Source: Eukaryota sp. TZLM1-RC
Lineage: Eukaryota; Protista; Metamonada: BaSk clade
DNA length: 64,000 nucleotides
Direction: 5' to 3'
NCBI GenBank assembly: GCA_040285825.1
Contig: JAUPSS010000002.1
Coordinates: forward strand, 3,884,581 to 3,948,580
Shown: positions 40,601 through 54,600 of the stretch, in pieces
Layout: every line of letters starts with the position of its first letter
Numbering within the stretch: position 1 is the first letter of the stretch
Made by a program: the position numbers and the translations under genes
The notes under the pieces: model-generated
Databases searched by the model: none
Seen by the model: the letters and a program-made list of their open reading frames with translations, nothing else
What the model was told of the DNA's origin: nothing

Positions 40601-43600
40601 CCCAACTACTGACCAGGCCTGTGGCCGCTTAACTTCGGAATTCGGAATGGGATCCGGTGCTATAGACCAAGTATGGCCGCATCCAATTGTAAAGTACCAG
40701 TTGCGAATGTAAACATTATTATATACAAAACATAATTCTGATTTGAAATCATCATCTGTTTGATATAATTGGGTTCAATAGAACACTGGTTGTAATTGAT
40801 TTATTCAAAATTCGAAGAGATGTTTTGTTTTCAAAAAATTTTAAGACCATAAATCACACAAATGCGACCTTTAAAGTTCAAGGAAATTTCAGTAAAGAAA
40901 TAATAATCCAAACAAAAGTTAAAAGGATGCAGCACCCAGTGTTCGCTGGTGGTCTCCCACCCAACTACTGACCAGGCCGGTGGCCGCTTAACTTCGGAAT
41001 TCGGAATGGGATCCGGTGCTATAGACCAAGTATGGCCGCATCCAATTGTAAAGTACCAGTTGCGAATGTCAACATTATTAAATACAAAACATAATTCTAA
41101 TTTGAAATCATCATCTGTTTGATATAATTGGGTTCAATAGAACACTGGTTTTAATTGATTTATTCAAAATTCGAAGAGATGTTTTGTTTTCAAAAAATTT
41201 TAAGACCATAAATCACACAAATGCGACCTTTAAAGTTCAAGGAAATTTCAGTAAAGAAATAATAATCCAAACAAAAGTTAAAAGGATGCAGCACCCGGTG
41301 TTCGCTGGTGGTCTCCCACCCAACTACTGACCAGGCCTGTGGGCGCTTAACTTCGGAATTCGGAATGGGATCCGGTGCTATAGACCAAGTATGGCCGCAT
41401 CCAATTGTAAAGTACCAGTTGCGAATGTCAACATTATTAAATACAAAACATAATTCTAATTTGAAATCATCATCTGTTTGATATAATTGGGTTCAATAGA
41501 ACACTGGTTTTAATTGATTTATTCAAAATTCGAAGAGATGTTTTGTTTTCAAAAAATTTTAAGACCATAAATCACACAAATGCGACCTTTAAAGTTCAAG
41601 GAAATTTCAGTAAAGAAATAATAATCCAAACAAAAAGTTAAAAGGATGCAGCACCCAGTGTTCGCTGGTGGTCTCCCACCCAACTACTGACCAGGCCTGT
41701 GGCCGCTTAACTTCGGAATTCGGAATGGGATCCGGTGCTATAGACCAAGTATGGCCGCATCCAATTGTAAAGTACCAGTTGCGAATGTAAACATTATTAT
41801 ATACAAAACATAATTCTAATTTGAAATCGTCATCTGTTTGATATAATTGGGTTCAATAGAACACTGGTTGTAATTGATTTATTCAAAATTCGAAGAGATG
41901 TTTTGTTTTCAAAAAATTTTAAGACCATAAATCACACAAATGCGACCTTTAAAGTTCAAGGAAATTTCAGTAAAGAAATAATAATCCAAACAAAAGTTAA
42001 AAGGATGCAGCACCCAGTGTTCGCTGGTGGTCTCCCACCCAACTACTGACCAGGCCTGTGGCCGCTTAACTTCGGAATTCGGAATGGGATCCGGTGCTAT
42101 AGACCAAGTATGGCCGCATCCAATTGTAAAGTACCAGTTGCGAATGTAAACATTATTATATACAAAACATAATTCTAATTTGAAATCATCATCTGTTTGA
42201 TATTATTGGGTTCAATAGAACACTGGTTGTAATTGATTTATTCAAAATTCGAAGAGATGTTTTGTTTTCAAAAAATTTCAAGACCATAAATCACACAAAT
42301 GCGACCTTTAAAGTTCAAGGAAATTTCAGTAAAAAAATATTAATCCAAACAAAAGTTAAAAGGATGCAGCACCCAGTGTTCGCTGGTGGTCTCCCACCCA
42401 ACTACTGACCAGGCCTGTGGCCCCTTAACTTCGGAATTCGGAATGGGATCCGGTGCTATAGACCAAGTATGGCCGCATCCAACTGTAAAGTACCAGTTGC
42501 GAATGTAAACATTATTAAATGCAAAACATAATTCTAATTTGAAATCATCATCTGTTTGATATAATTGGGTTCAATAGAACACTGGTTGTAATTGATTTAT
42601 TCAAAATTCGAAGAGATGTTTTGTTTTCAAAAAATTTTAAGACCATAAATCACACAAATGCGACCTTTAAAGTTCAAGGAAATTTCAGTAAAGAAATATT
42701 AATCCAAACAAAAGTTAAAAGGATGCAGCACCCAGTGTTCGCTGGTGGTCTCCCACCCAACTACTGACCAGGCCTGTGGCCACTTAACTTCGGAATTCAG
42801 AATGGGATCCGGTGCTATAGACCAAGTATGGCCGCATCCAATTGTAAAGTACCAGTTGCGAATGTAAACATTATTAAATACAAAACATAATTCTAATTTG
42901 AAATCATCATCTGTTTGATATAATTGGGTTCAATAGAACACTGGTTGTAATTGATTTATTCAAAATTCGAAGAGATGTTTTGTTTTCAAAAAATTTTAAG
43001 ACCATAAATCACACAAATGCGACCTTTAAAGTTCAAGGAAATTTCAGTAAAGAAATATTAATCCAAACAAAAGTTAAAAGGATGCAGCACCCAGTGTTCG
43101 CTGGTGGTCTCCCACCCAACTACTGACCAGGCCTGTGGCCACTTAACTTCGGAATTCAGAATGGGATCCGGTGCTATAGACCAAGTATGGCCGCATCCAA
43201 TTGTAAAGTACCAGTTGCGAATGTAAACATTATTATATACAAAACATAATTCTAATTTGAAATCGTCATCTGTTTGATATAATTGGGTTCAATAGAACAC
43301 TGGTTGTAATTGATTTATTCAAAATTCGAAGAGATGTTTTGTTTTCAAAAATTTTAAGACCATAAATCACACAAATGCGACCTTTAAAGTTCAAGGAAAT
43401 TTCAGTAAAGAAATATTAATCCAAACAAAAGTTAAAAGGATGCAGCACCCAGTGTTCGCTGGTGGTCTCCCACCCAACTACTGACCAGGCCTGTGGCCAC
43501 TTAACTTCGGAATTCAGAATGGGATCCGGTGCTATAGACCAAGTATGGCCGCATCCAATTGTAAAGTACCAGTTGCGAATGTAAACATTATTATATACAA

Positions 43601-43915
43601 AACATAATTCTAATTTGAAATCGTCATCTGTTTGATATAATTGGGTTCAATAGAACACTGGTTGTAATTGATTTATTCAAAATTCGAAGAGATGTTTTGT
43701 TTTCAAAAAATTTTAAGACCATAAATCACACAAATGCGACCTTTAAAGTTCAAGGAAATTTCAGTAAAGAAATAATAATCCAAACAAAAGTTAAAAGGAT
43801 GCAGCACCCAGTGTTCGCTGGTGGTCTCCCACCCAACTACTGACCAGGCCTGTGGCCGCTTAACTTCGGAATTCGGAATGGGATCCGGTGCTATAGACCA
43901 AGTATGGCCGCATCC
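37697..43915 (-). rRNA. Block of 18 tandem 5S rRNA genes
   Basis: 119-nt genes with left coordinates 37697, 38055, 38414, 38773, 39133, 39492, 39850, 40207, 40566, 40925, 41284, 41644, 42003, 42362, 42721, 43080, 43438, 43797. Confidence 0.95.
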
Positions 43916-44018
43916 AATTGTAAAGTACCAGTTGCGAATGTAAACATTATTATATACAAAACATAATTCTAATTTGAAATCATCATCTGTTTGATATAAT
44001 TGGGTTCAATAGAACACT

Positions 44019-45536
44019 CGTCATTTGGGTTCGTTTTTAGGAAATAATGATGAAATTACCAAAAAATTGTTTGAAAAGTTGAACTCAATTTCTGACAAAA
44101 TTGACCGAATGATGAATTTAGATATAAAAAAACACATCAAATTTACCATTATAAGACTGTGTTTTAGTTCCAATTTTAATCATATATTTCGATCTACAAA
44201 TCCTCTCGTCACTAGACCTTTGGCTCAAAAGTTTAATGAGTTACGTGCAAAAGTTCTGTCTCAATTACTGGGATGTAAAATGTTTCAAATTCCAGATCAT
44301 GCTTACCTTAGTCCACAATATGGTGGTTTAGGGTGGACGAAGGCTTCTATTCTTACCTCGTGTGCTTTTGTTGGTGGATGCAGAAATGCAATCTTTGAGT
44401 TCTCCGAAAGATTTGCAGATTGGGAAGATTTATTGATGACAACGCAAAGTTCCACTGTTTTTGCATTAAATGAAGAAATTTCAAGAATTGATGTAGAAAA
44501 ATGGGGTCGATGTTTTCCCCAATCATTCAATGGCAATATTCCAGAAAAAAATGTTTTAAATTTGAAGTACACTCTTCGAACATTACAGAAAAGATTGACT
44601 GGAATGTATGAAAAAGATCTTTATAATAATATTTGCAGCTCGGCTGTTTTAAATCAAGATCTTCACTCATTGTTATTGGAAAAGGGTGTTTGTGAAAACA
44701 AGGTGTCAGATTCTTCACTTTTTGTAACCATTGTACCACGAAGATTTGGATTGTGTGCTACTAATGAAGCATTTGTAACAAAAATGAGATTATATTTGAA
44801 CATCCCCATTAACCAATTATTATCAAAAGAAAAATGTATTTGTTCGAATTCACCTCAACTCACTTTGCGCCATGCTCTAAATTGCTCTAAATTGATAACT
44901 TATCGTTCTTCATTACATGATGCTGTTAGAGACACTGTTTTCAATATGGCACAAACTGCAAGGATATCGTGTATCAAAGAGCCCCTGCTGAAAGAAACAC
45001 TTTCTCTGAATAATTTTGGTTCTGATGATAGAGGTGATGTATACTGTGATTGGATTGATAATTCTGAAGCTATTGTTGACTTTGTCTCATGTAATGTTGC
45101 AAACGATACTTTGGTTCACAGAAGAAAACTTAATCCTGTGGCTGCTCTGGATTTTAAAGCAAAAGAAAAACATAGAAAATATGATAAAGAAATTGAAGAT
45201 GCAAATATCGATAGAAATACACAGCTGGTTTTTATTGCTTTCCCATTTTCGATAAATGGAAGATTATCAGTTGAAGCAGAAACTTTTTGGATGACTTCCA
45301 AAAAAATGGTGAAAGAAAAAAACAATGAAAAGATTTGATATTTTTTTATGGCGTTCACGGATTCAATTTGCCATTATTAATAGATTACCGCGGTTTTTCA
45401 ATCGAATTAGAGAAGCTTTAGCTAGACAGCAAGCAAATCAAGATTTTGTAGAGGAAATCTTGGTTTAATGATAGTCGTCCCATTAGTTATGATTTAATTT
45501 AATCAAGTGTGCAAATTCAATAAATTAAATGCTAAT
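44019..45536 (+). mobile_element. 5'-truncated RLE non-LTR retrotransposon (family A, CRE-like) inserted in the 5S spacer
   Basis: 10-bp TSD ATAGAACACT (44009-44018, 45537-45546); ORF 44025-45338; AATAAA near the 3' end. Confidence 0.93.
44025..45338 (+). CDS. C-terminal part of RT/RLE protein (thumb, CCHC knuckle, restriction-like endonuclease)
   Basis: LGS, IRLC..FNHIFRS, YGGLG, CICSN..RHALNC, R..LHDAVRD, EP, RGDV..D, KEKHRKY, FPFSING; probable frameshift near 45290. Confidence 0.85.
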   Translation: MGSFLGNNDEITKKLFEKLNSISDKIDRMMNLDIKKHIKFTIIRLCFSSNFNHIFRSTNPLVTRPLAQKFNELRAKVLSQLLGCKMFQIPDHAYLSPQYGGLGWTKASILTSCAFVGGCRNAIFEFSERFADWEDLLMTTQSSTVFALNEEISRIDVEKWGRCFPQSFNGNIPEKNVLNLKYTLRTLQKRLTGMYEKDLYNNICSSAVLNQDLHSLLLEKGVCENKVSDSSLFVTIVPRRFGLCATNEAFVTKMRLYLNIPINQLLSKEKCICSNSPQLTLRHALNCSKLITYRSSLHDAVRDTVFNMAQTARISCIKEPLLKETLSLNNFGSDDRGDVYCDWIDNSEAIVDFVSCNVANDTLVHRRKLNPVAALDFKAKEKHRKYDKEIEDANIDRNTQLVFIAFPFSINGRLSVEAETFWMTSKKMVKEKNNEKI

Positions 45537-45683
45537 ATAGAACACTGGTTGTAATTGATTTATTCAAAATTCGAAGAGATGTTTTGTTTTCAAAAAATTT
45601 TAAGACCATAAATCACACAAATGCGACCTTTAAAGTTCAAGGAAATTTCAGTAAAGAAATATTAATCCAAACAAAAGTTAAAA

Positions 45684-48600
45684 GGATGCAGCACCCAGTG
45701 TTCGCTGGTGGTCTCCCACCCAACTACTGACCAGGCCTGTGGCCACTTAACTTCGGAATTCAGAATGGGATCCGGTGCTATAGACCAAGTATGGCCGCAT
45801 CCAATTGTAAAGTACCAGTTGCGAATGTAAACATTATTAAATACAAAACATAATTCTAATTTGAAATCATCATCTGTTTGATATAATTGGGTTCAATAGA
45901 ACACTGGTTGTAATTGATTTATTCAAAATTCGAAGAGATGTTTTGTTTTCAAAACATTTTAAGACCATAAATCACACAAATGCGACCTTTAAAGTTCAAG
46001 GAAATTTCAGTAAAGAAATATTAATCCAAACAAAAGTTAAAAGGATGCAGCACCCAGTGTTCGCTGGTGGTCTCCCACCCAACTACTGACCAGGCCTGTG
46101 GCCACTTAACTTCGGAATTCAGAATGGGATCCGGTGCTATAGACCAAGTATGGCCGCATCCAATTGTAAAGTACCAGTTGCGAATGTAAACATTATTAAA
46201 TACAAAACATAATTCTAATTTGAAATCATCATCTGTTTGATATAATTGGGTTCAATAGAACACTGGTTGTAATTGATTTATTCAAAATTCGAAGAGATGT
46301 TTTGTTTTCAAAAAATTTTAAGACCATAAATCACACAAATGCGACCTTTAAAGTTCAAGGAAATTTCAGTAAAGAAATAATAATCCAAACAAAAGTTAAA
46401 AGGATGCAGCACCCAGTGCTCGCTGGTGGTCTCCCACCCAACTACTGACCAGGCCTGTGGCCGCTTAACTTCGGAATTCGGAATGGGATCCGGTGCTATA
46501 GACCAAGTATGGCCGCATCCAATTGTAAAGTACCAGTTGCGAATGTAAACATTATTATATACAAAACATAATTCTAATTTGAAATCATCATCTGTTTGAT
46601 ATAATTGGGTTCAATAGAACACTGGTTGTAATTGATTTATTCAAAATTCGAAGAGATGTTTTGTTTTCAAAAAATTTTAAGACCATAAATCACACAAATG
46701 CGACCTTTAAAGTTCAAGGAAATTTCAGTAAAGAAATATTAATCCAAACAAAAGTTAAAAGGATGCAGCACCCAGTGTTCGCTGGTGGTCTCCCACCCAA
46801 CTACTGACCAGGCCTGTGGCCACTTAACTTCGGAATTCAGAATGGGATCCGGTGCTATAGACCAAGTATGGCCGCATCCAATTGTAAAGTACCAGTTGCG
46901 AATGTAAACATTATTAAATACAAAACATAATTCTAATTTGAAATCATCATCTGTTTGATATAATTGGGTTCAATAGAACACTGGTTGTAATTGATTTATT
47001 CAAAATTCGAAGAGATGTTTTGTTTTCAAAAATTTTAAGACCATAAATCACACAAATGCGACCTTTAAAGTTCAAGGAAATTTCAGTAAAGAAATATTAA
47101 TCCAAACAAAAGTTAAAAGGATGCAGCACCCAGTGCTCGCTGGTGGTCTCCCACCCAACTACTGACCAGGCCTGTGGCCGCTTAACTTCGGAATTCGGAC
47201 TGGGATCCGGTGCTATAGACCAAGTATGGCCGCATCCAATTGTAAAGTACCAGTTGCGAATGTAAACATTATTATATACAAAACATAATTCTAATTTGAA
47301 ATCATCATCTGTTTGATATAATTGGGTTCAATAGAACACTGGTTGTAATTGATTTATTCAAAATTCGAAGAGATGTTTTGTTTTCAAAAATTTTAAGACC
47401 ATAAATCACACAAATGCGACCTTTAAAGTTCAAGGAAATTTCAGTAAAGAAATAATAATCCAAACAAAAGTTAAAAGGATGCAGCACCCAGTGTTCGCTG
47501 GTGGTCTCCCACCCAACTACTGACCAGGCCTGTGGTTGCTTAACTTCGGAATTCGGAATGGGATCCGGTGCTATAGACCAAGTATGGCCGCATCCAATTG
47601 TAAAGTACCAGTTGCGAATGTCAACATTATTAAATACAAAACATAATTCTAATTTGAAATCATCATCTGTTTGATATAATTGGGTTCAATAGAACACTGG
47701 TTTTAATTGATTTATTCAAAATTCGAAGAGATGTTTTGTTTTCAAAAAATTTTAAGACCATAAATCACACAAATGCGACCCTTAAAGTTCAAGGAAATTT
47801 CAGTAAAGAAATTATAATCCAAACAAAAGTTAAAAGGATGCAGCACCCGGTGTTCGCTGGTGGTCTCCCACCCAACTACTGACCAGGCCTGTGGCCGCTT
47901 AACTTCGGAATTCGGAATGGGATCCGGTGCTATAGACCAAGTATGGCCGCATCCAATTGTAAAGTACCAGTTGCGAATGTAAACATTATTATATACAAAA
48001 CATAATTCTAATTTGAAATCATCATCTGTTTGATATAATTGGGTTCAATAGAACACTGGTTGTAATTGATTTATTCAAAATTCGAAGAGATGTTTTGTTT
48101 TCAGAAAATTTTAAGACCATAAATCACACAAATGCGACCTTTAAAGTTCAAGGAAATTTCAGTAAAGAAATAATAATCCAAACAAAAGTTAAAAGGATGC
48201 AGCACCCAGTGTTCGCTGGTGGTCTCCCACCCAACTACTGACCAGGCCTGTGGCCACTTAACTTCGGAATTCGGAATGGGATCCGGTGCTATAGACCAAG
48301 TATGGCCGCATCCAAGTGTAAAGTACCAGTTGCGAATGTAAACATTATTATATACAAAACATAATTCTAATTTGAAATCATCATCTGTTTGATATAATTG
48401 GGTTCAATAGAACACTGGTTGTAATTGATTTATTCAAAATTCGAAGAGATGTTTTGTTTTCAAAAAATTTTAAGACCATAAATCACACAAATGCGACCTT
48501 TAAAGTTCAAGGAAATTTCAGTAAAGAAATAATAATCCAAACAAAAGTTAAAAGGATGCAGCACCCAGTGTTCGCTGGTGGTCTCCCACCCAACTACTGA

Positions 48601-51600
48601 CCAGGTCTGTGGCCGCTTAACTTCGGAATTCGGAATGGGATCCGGTGCTATAGACCAAGTATGGCCGCATCCAATTGTAAAGTACCAGTTGCGAATGTCA
48701 ACATTATTAAATACAAAACATAATTCTAATTTGAAATCATCATCTGTTTGATATAATTGGGTTCAATAGAACACTGGTTTTAATTGATTTATTCAAAATT
48801 CGAAGAGATGTTTTGTTTTCAAAAAATTTTAAGACCATAAATCACACAAATGCGACCTTTAAAGTTCAAGGAAATTTCAGTAAAGAAATAATAATCCAAA
48901 CAAAAGTGCAGCACCCGGTGTTCGCTGGTGGTCTCCCACCCAACTACTGACCAGGCCTGTGGCCGCTTAACTTCGGAATTCGGAATGGGATCCGGTGCTA
49001 TAGACCAAGTATGGCCGCATCCAATTGTAAAGTACCAGTTGCGAATGTCAACATTATTAAATACAAAACATAATTCTAATTTGAAATCATCATCTGTTTG
49101 ATATAATTGGGTTCAATAGAACACTGGTTTTAATTGATTCATTCAAAATTCGAAGAGGTGTTTTGTTTTCAAACAATTTTAAGACCATAAATCACACAAA
49201 TGCGACCTTTAAAGTTCAAGGAAATTTCAGTAAAGAAATAATAATCCAAACAAAAGTTAAAAGGATGCAGCACCCGGTGTTCGCTGGTGGTCTCCCACCC
49301 AACTACTGACCAGGCCTGTGGCCGCTTAACTTCGGAATTCGGAATGGGATCCGGTGCTATAGACCAAGTATGGCCGCATCCAATTGTAAAGTACCAGTTG
49401 CAAAAGTAAACATTATTATATACAAAACATAATTCTAATTTGAAATCATCATCTGTTTGATATAATTGGGTTCAATAGAACACTGGTTGTAATTGATTTA
49501 TTCAAAATTCGAAGAGATGTTTTGTTTTCAAAAAAATTTAAGACCATAAATCACACAAATGCGACCTTTAAAGTTCAAGGAAATTTCAGTAAAGAAATAA
49601 TAATCCAAACAAAAGTTAAAAGGATGCAGCACCCAGTGTTCGCTGGTGGTCTCCCACCCAACTACTGACCAGGCCTGTGGCCGCTTAACTTCGGAATTCG
49701 GAATGGGATCCGGTGCTATAGACCAAGTATGGCCGCATCCAATTGTAAAGTACCAGTTGCAAAAGTAAACATTATTATATACAAAACATAATTCTAATTT
49801 GAAATCATCATCTGTTTGATATAATTGGGTTCAATAGAACACTGGTTGTAATTGATTTATTCAAAATTCGAAGAGATGTTTTGTTTTCAAAAAATTTTAA
49901 GACCATAAATCACACAAATGCGACCTTTAAAGTTCAAGGAAATTTCAGTAAAGAAATATTAATCCAAACAAAAGTTAAAAGGATGCAGCACCCAGTGTTC
50001 GCTGGTGGTCTCCCACCCAACTACTGACCAGGCCTGTGGCCGCTTAACTTCGGAATTCGGAATGGGATCCGGTGCTATAGACCAAGTATGGCCGCATCCA
50101 ATTGTGAAGTACCAGTTGCGAATGTAAACATTATTAAATACAAAACATAATTCTAATTTGAAATCATCATCTGTTTGATATAATTGGGTTCAATAGAACA
50201 CTGGTTGTAATTGATTTATTCAAAATTCGAAGAGATGTTTTGTTTTCAAAAATTTTTAAGACCATAAATCACACAAATGCGACCTTTAAAGTTCAAGGAA
50301 ATTTCAGTAAAGAAATATTATTCCAAACAAAAGTTAAAAGGATGCAGCACCCAGTGTTCGCTGGTGGTCTCTCACCCAACTACTGACCAGGCCTGTGGCC
50401 GCTTAACTTCGGAATTCGGAATGGGATCCGGTGCTATAGACCAAGTATGGCCGCATCCAATTGTAAAGTACCAGTTGCGAATGTAAACATTATTATATAC
50501 AAAACATAATTCTAATTTGAAATCATCATCTGTTTGATATAATTGGGTTCAATAGAACACTGGTTGTAATTGATTTATTCAAAATTCGAAGAGATGTTTT
50601 GTTTTCAAAAAATTTTAAGACCATAAATCACACAAATGCGACCTTTAAAGTTCAAGGAAATTTCAGTAAAGAAATAATAATCCAAACAAAAGTTAAAAGG
50701 ATGCAGCACCCAGTGTTCGCTGGTGGTCTCCCACCCAACTACTGACCAGGCCTGTGGCCGCTTAACTTCGGAATTCGGAATGGGATCCGGTGCTATAGAC
50801 CAAGTATGGCCGCATCCAATTGTAAAGTACCAGTTGCGAATGTCAACATTATTAAATACAAAACATAATTCTAATTTGAAATCATCATCTGTTTGATATA
50901 AATGGGTTCAATAGAACACTGGTTGTAATTGATTTATTCAAAATTCGAAGAGATGTTTTGTTTTCAAAAAATTTTAAGACCATAAATCACACAAATGCGA
51001 CCTTTAAAGTTCAAGGAAATTTCAGTAAAGAAATAATAATCCAAACAAAAGTTAAAAGGATGCAGCACCCGGTGTTCGCTGGTAGTCTCCCACCCAACTA
51101 CTGACCAGGCCTGTGGCCGCTTAACTTCGGAATTCGGAATGGGATCCGGTGCTATAGACCAAGTATGGCCGCATCCAATTGTAAAGTACCAGTTGCGAAT
51201 GTAAACATTATTAAATACAAAACATAATTCTAATTTGAAATCATCATCTGTTTGATATAATTGGGTTCAATAGAACACTGGTTGTAATTGATTTATTCAA
51301 AATTCGAAGAGATGTTTTGTTTTCAAAAAATTTTAAGACCATAAATCACACAAATGCGACCTTTAAAGTTCAAGGAAATTTCAGTAAAGAAATAATAATC
51401 CAAACAAAAGTTAAAAGGATGCAGCACCCAGTGTTCGCTGGTGGTCTCCCACCCAACTACTGACCAGGCCTGTGGCCGCTTAACTTCGGAATTCGGAATG
51501 GGATCCGGTGCTATAGACCAAGTATGGCCGGCATCCAATTGTAAAGTACCAGTTGCGAATGTAAACATTATTAAATACAAAACATAATTCTAATTTGAAA

Positions 51601-54600
51601 TCATCATCTGTTTGATATAATTGGGTTCAATAGAACACTGGTTGTAATTGATTTATTCAAAATTCGAAGAGATGTTTTGTTTTCAAAAAATGTTAAGACC
51701 ATAAATCACACAAATGCGACCTTTAAAGTTCAAGGAAATTTCAGTAAAGAAATATTAATCCAAACAAAAGTTAAAAGGATGCAGCACCCAGTGTTCGCTG
51801 GTGGTCTCCCACCCAACTACTGACCAGGCCTGTGGCCGCTTAACTTCGGAATTCGGAATGGGATCCGGTGCTATAGACCAAGTATGACCGCATCCAATTG
51901 TAAAGTACCAGTTGCGAATGTAAACATTATTATATACAAAACATAATTCTAATTTGAAATCATCATCTGTTTGATATAATTGGGTTCAATAGAACACTGG
52001 TTGTAATTGATTTATTCAAAATTCGAAGAGATGTTTTGTTTTCAAAAAATTTTAAGACCATAAATCACACAAATGCGACCTTTAAAGTTCAAGGAAATTT
52101 CAGTAAAGAAATAATAATCCAAACAAAAGTTAAAATGATGCAGCACCCAGTGTTCGCTGGTGGTCTCCCACCCAACTACTGACCAGGCCTGTGGCCGCTT
52201 AACTTCGGAATTCGGAATGGGATCCGGTGCTATAGACCAAGTATGGCCGCATCCAATTGTAAAGTACCAGTTGCGAATGTAAACATTATTAAATACAAAA
52301 ACATAATTCTAATTTGAAATCATCATCTGTTTGATATAATTGGGTTCAATAGAACACTGGTTGTAATTGATTTATTCAAAATTCGAAGAGATGTTTTGTT
52401 TTCAAAAATTTTAAGACCATAAATCACACAAATGCGACCTTTAAAGTTCAAGGAAATTTCAGTAAAGAAATAATAATCCAAACAAAAGTTAAAAGGATGC
52501 AGCACCCAGTGTTCGCTGGTGGTCTCCCACCCAACTACTGACCAGGCCTGTGGCCGCTTAACTTCGGAATTCGGAATGGGATCCGGTGCTATAGACCAAG
52601 TATGGCCGCATCCAATTGTAAAGTACCAGTTGCGAATGTAAACATTATTATATACAAAACATAATTCTAATTTGAAATCATCATCTGTTTGATATAATTG
52701 GGTTCAATAGAACACTGGTTGTAATTGATTTATTCAAAATTCGAAGAGATGTTTTGTTTTCAAAAATTTTAAGACCATAAATCACACAAATGCGACCTTT
52801 AAAGTTCAAGGAAATTTCAGTAAAGAAATAATAATCCAAACAAAAGTTAAAAGGATGCAGCACCCAGTGTTCGCTGGTGGTCTCCCACCCAACTACTGAC
52901 CAGGCCTGTGGCCGCTTAACTTCGGAATTCGGAATGGGATCCGGTGCTATAGACCAAGTATGGCCGCATCCAATTGTAAAGTACCAGTTGCGAATGTAAA
53001 CATTATTAAATACAAAACATAATTCTAATTTGAAATCATCATCTGTTTGATATAATTGGGTTCAATAGAACACTGGTTGTAATTGATTTATTCAAAATTC
53101 GAAGAGATGTTTTGTTTTCAAAAATTTTAAGACCATAAATCACACAAATGCGACCTTTTAAAGTTCAAGGAAATTTCAGTAAAGAAATAATAATCCAAAC
53201 AAAAGTTAAAAGGATGCAGCACCCAGTGTTCGCTGGTGGTCTCCCACCCAACTACTGACCAGGCCTGTGGCCGCTTAACTTCGGAATTCGAATGGGATCC
53301 GGTGCTATAGACCAAGTATGGCCGCATCCAATTGTAAAGTACCAGTTGCGAATGTAAACATTATTAAATACAAAACATAATTCTAATTTGAAATCATCAT
53401 CTGTTTGATATAATTGGGTTCAATAGAACACTGGTTGTAATTGATTTATTCAAAAATTCGAAGAGATGTTTTGTTTTCAAAAATTTTAAGACCATAAATC
53501 ACACAAATGCGACCTTTAAAGTTCAAGGAAATTTCAGTAAAGAAATAATAATCCAAACAAAAGTTAAAAAGGATGCAGCACCCAGTGTTCGCTGGTGGTC
53601 TCCCACCCAACTACTGACCAGGCCTGTGGCCGCTTAACTTCGGAATTCGGAATGGGATCCGGTGCTATAGACCAAGTATGGCCGCATCCAATTGTAAAGT
53701 ACCAGTTGCGAATGTCAACATTATTAAATACAAAAACATAATTCTAATTTGAAATCATCATCTGTTTGATATAATTGGGTTCAATAGAACACTGGTTTTA
53801 ATTGATTTATTCAAAAATTCGAAGAGATGTTTTGTTTTCAAAAATTTTAAGACCATAAATCACACAAATGCGACCTTTAAAGTTCAAGGAAATTTCAGTA
53901 AAAGAAATAATAATCCAAACAAAAGTTAAAAGGATGCAGCACCCAGTGTTCGCTGGTGGTCTCCCACCCAACTACTGACCAGGCCTGTAGCCGCTTAACT
54001 TCGGAATTCGGAATGGGATCCGGTGCTATAGACCAAGTATGGCCGCATCCAATTGTAAAGTACCAGTTGCGAATGTAAACATTATTAAATACAAAACATA
54101 ATTCTAATTTGAAATCATCATCTGTTTGATATAATTGGGTTCAATAGAACACTGGTTGTAATTGATTTATTCAAAATTCGAAGAGATGTTTTGTTTTCAA
54201 AAAAATTTTAAGACCATAAATCACACAAATGCGACCTTTAAAGTTCAAGGAAATTTCAGTAAAGAAATAATAATCCAAACAAAAGTTAAAAGGATGCAGC
54301 ACCCAGTGTTCGCTGGTGGTCTCCCACCCAACTACTGACCAGGCCTGTGGCCGCTTAACTTCGGAATTCGAATGGGATCCGGTGCTATAGACCAAGTATG
54401 GCCGCATCCAATTGTAAAGTACCAGTTGCGAATGTAAACATTATTAAATACAAAACATAATTCTAATTTGAAATCATCATCTGTTTGATATAATTGGGTT
54501 CAATAGAACACTGGTTGTAATTGATTTATTCAAAATTCGAAGAGATGTTTTGTTTTCAAAAATTTTAAGACCATAAATCACACAAATGCGACCTTTAAAG

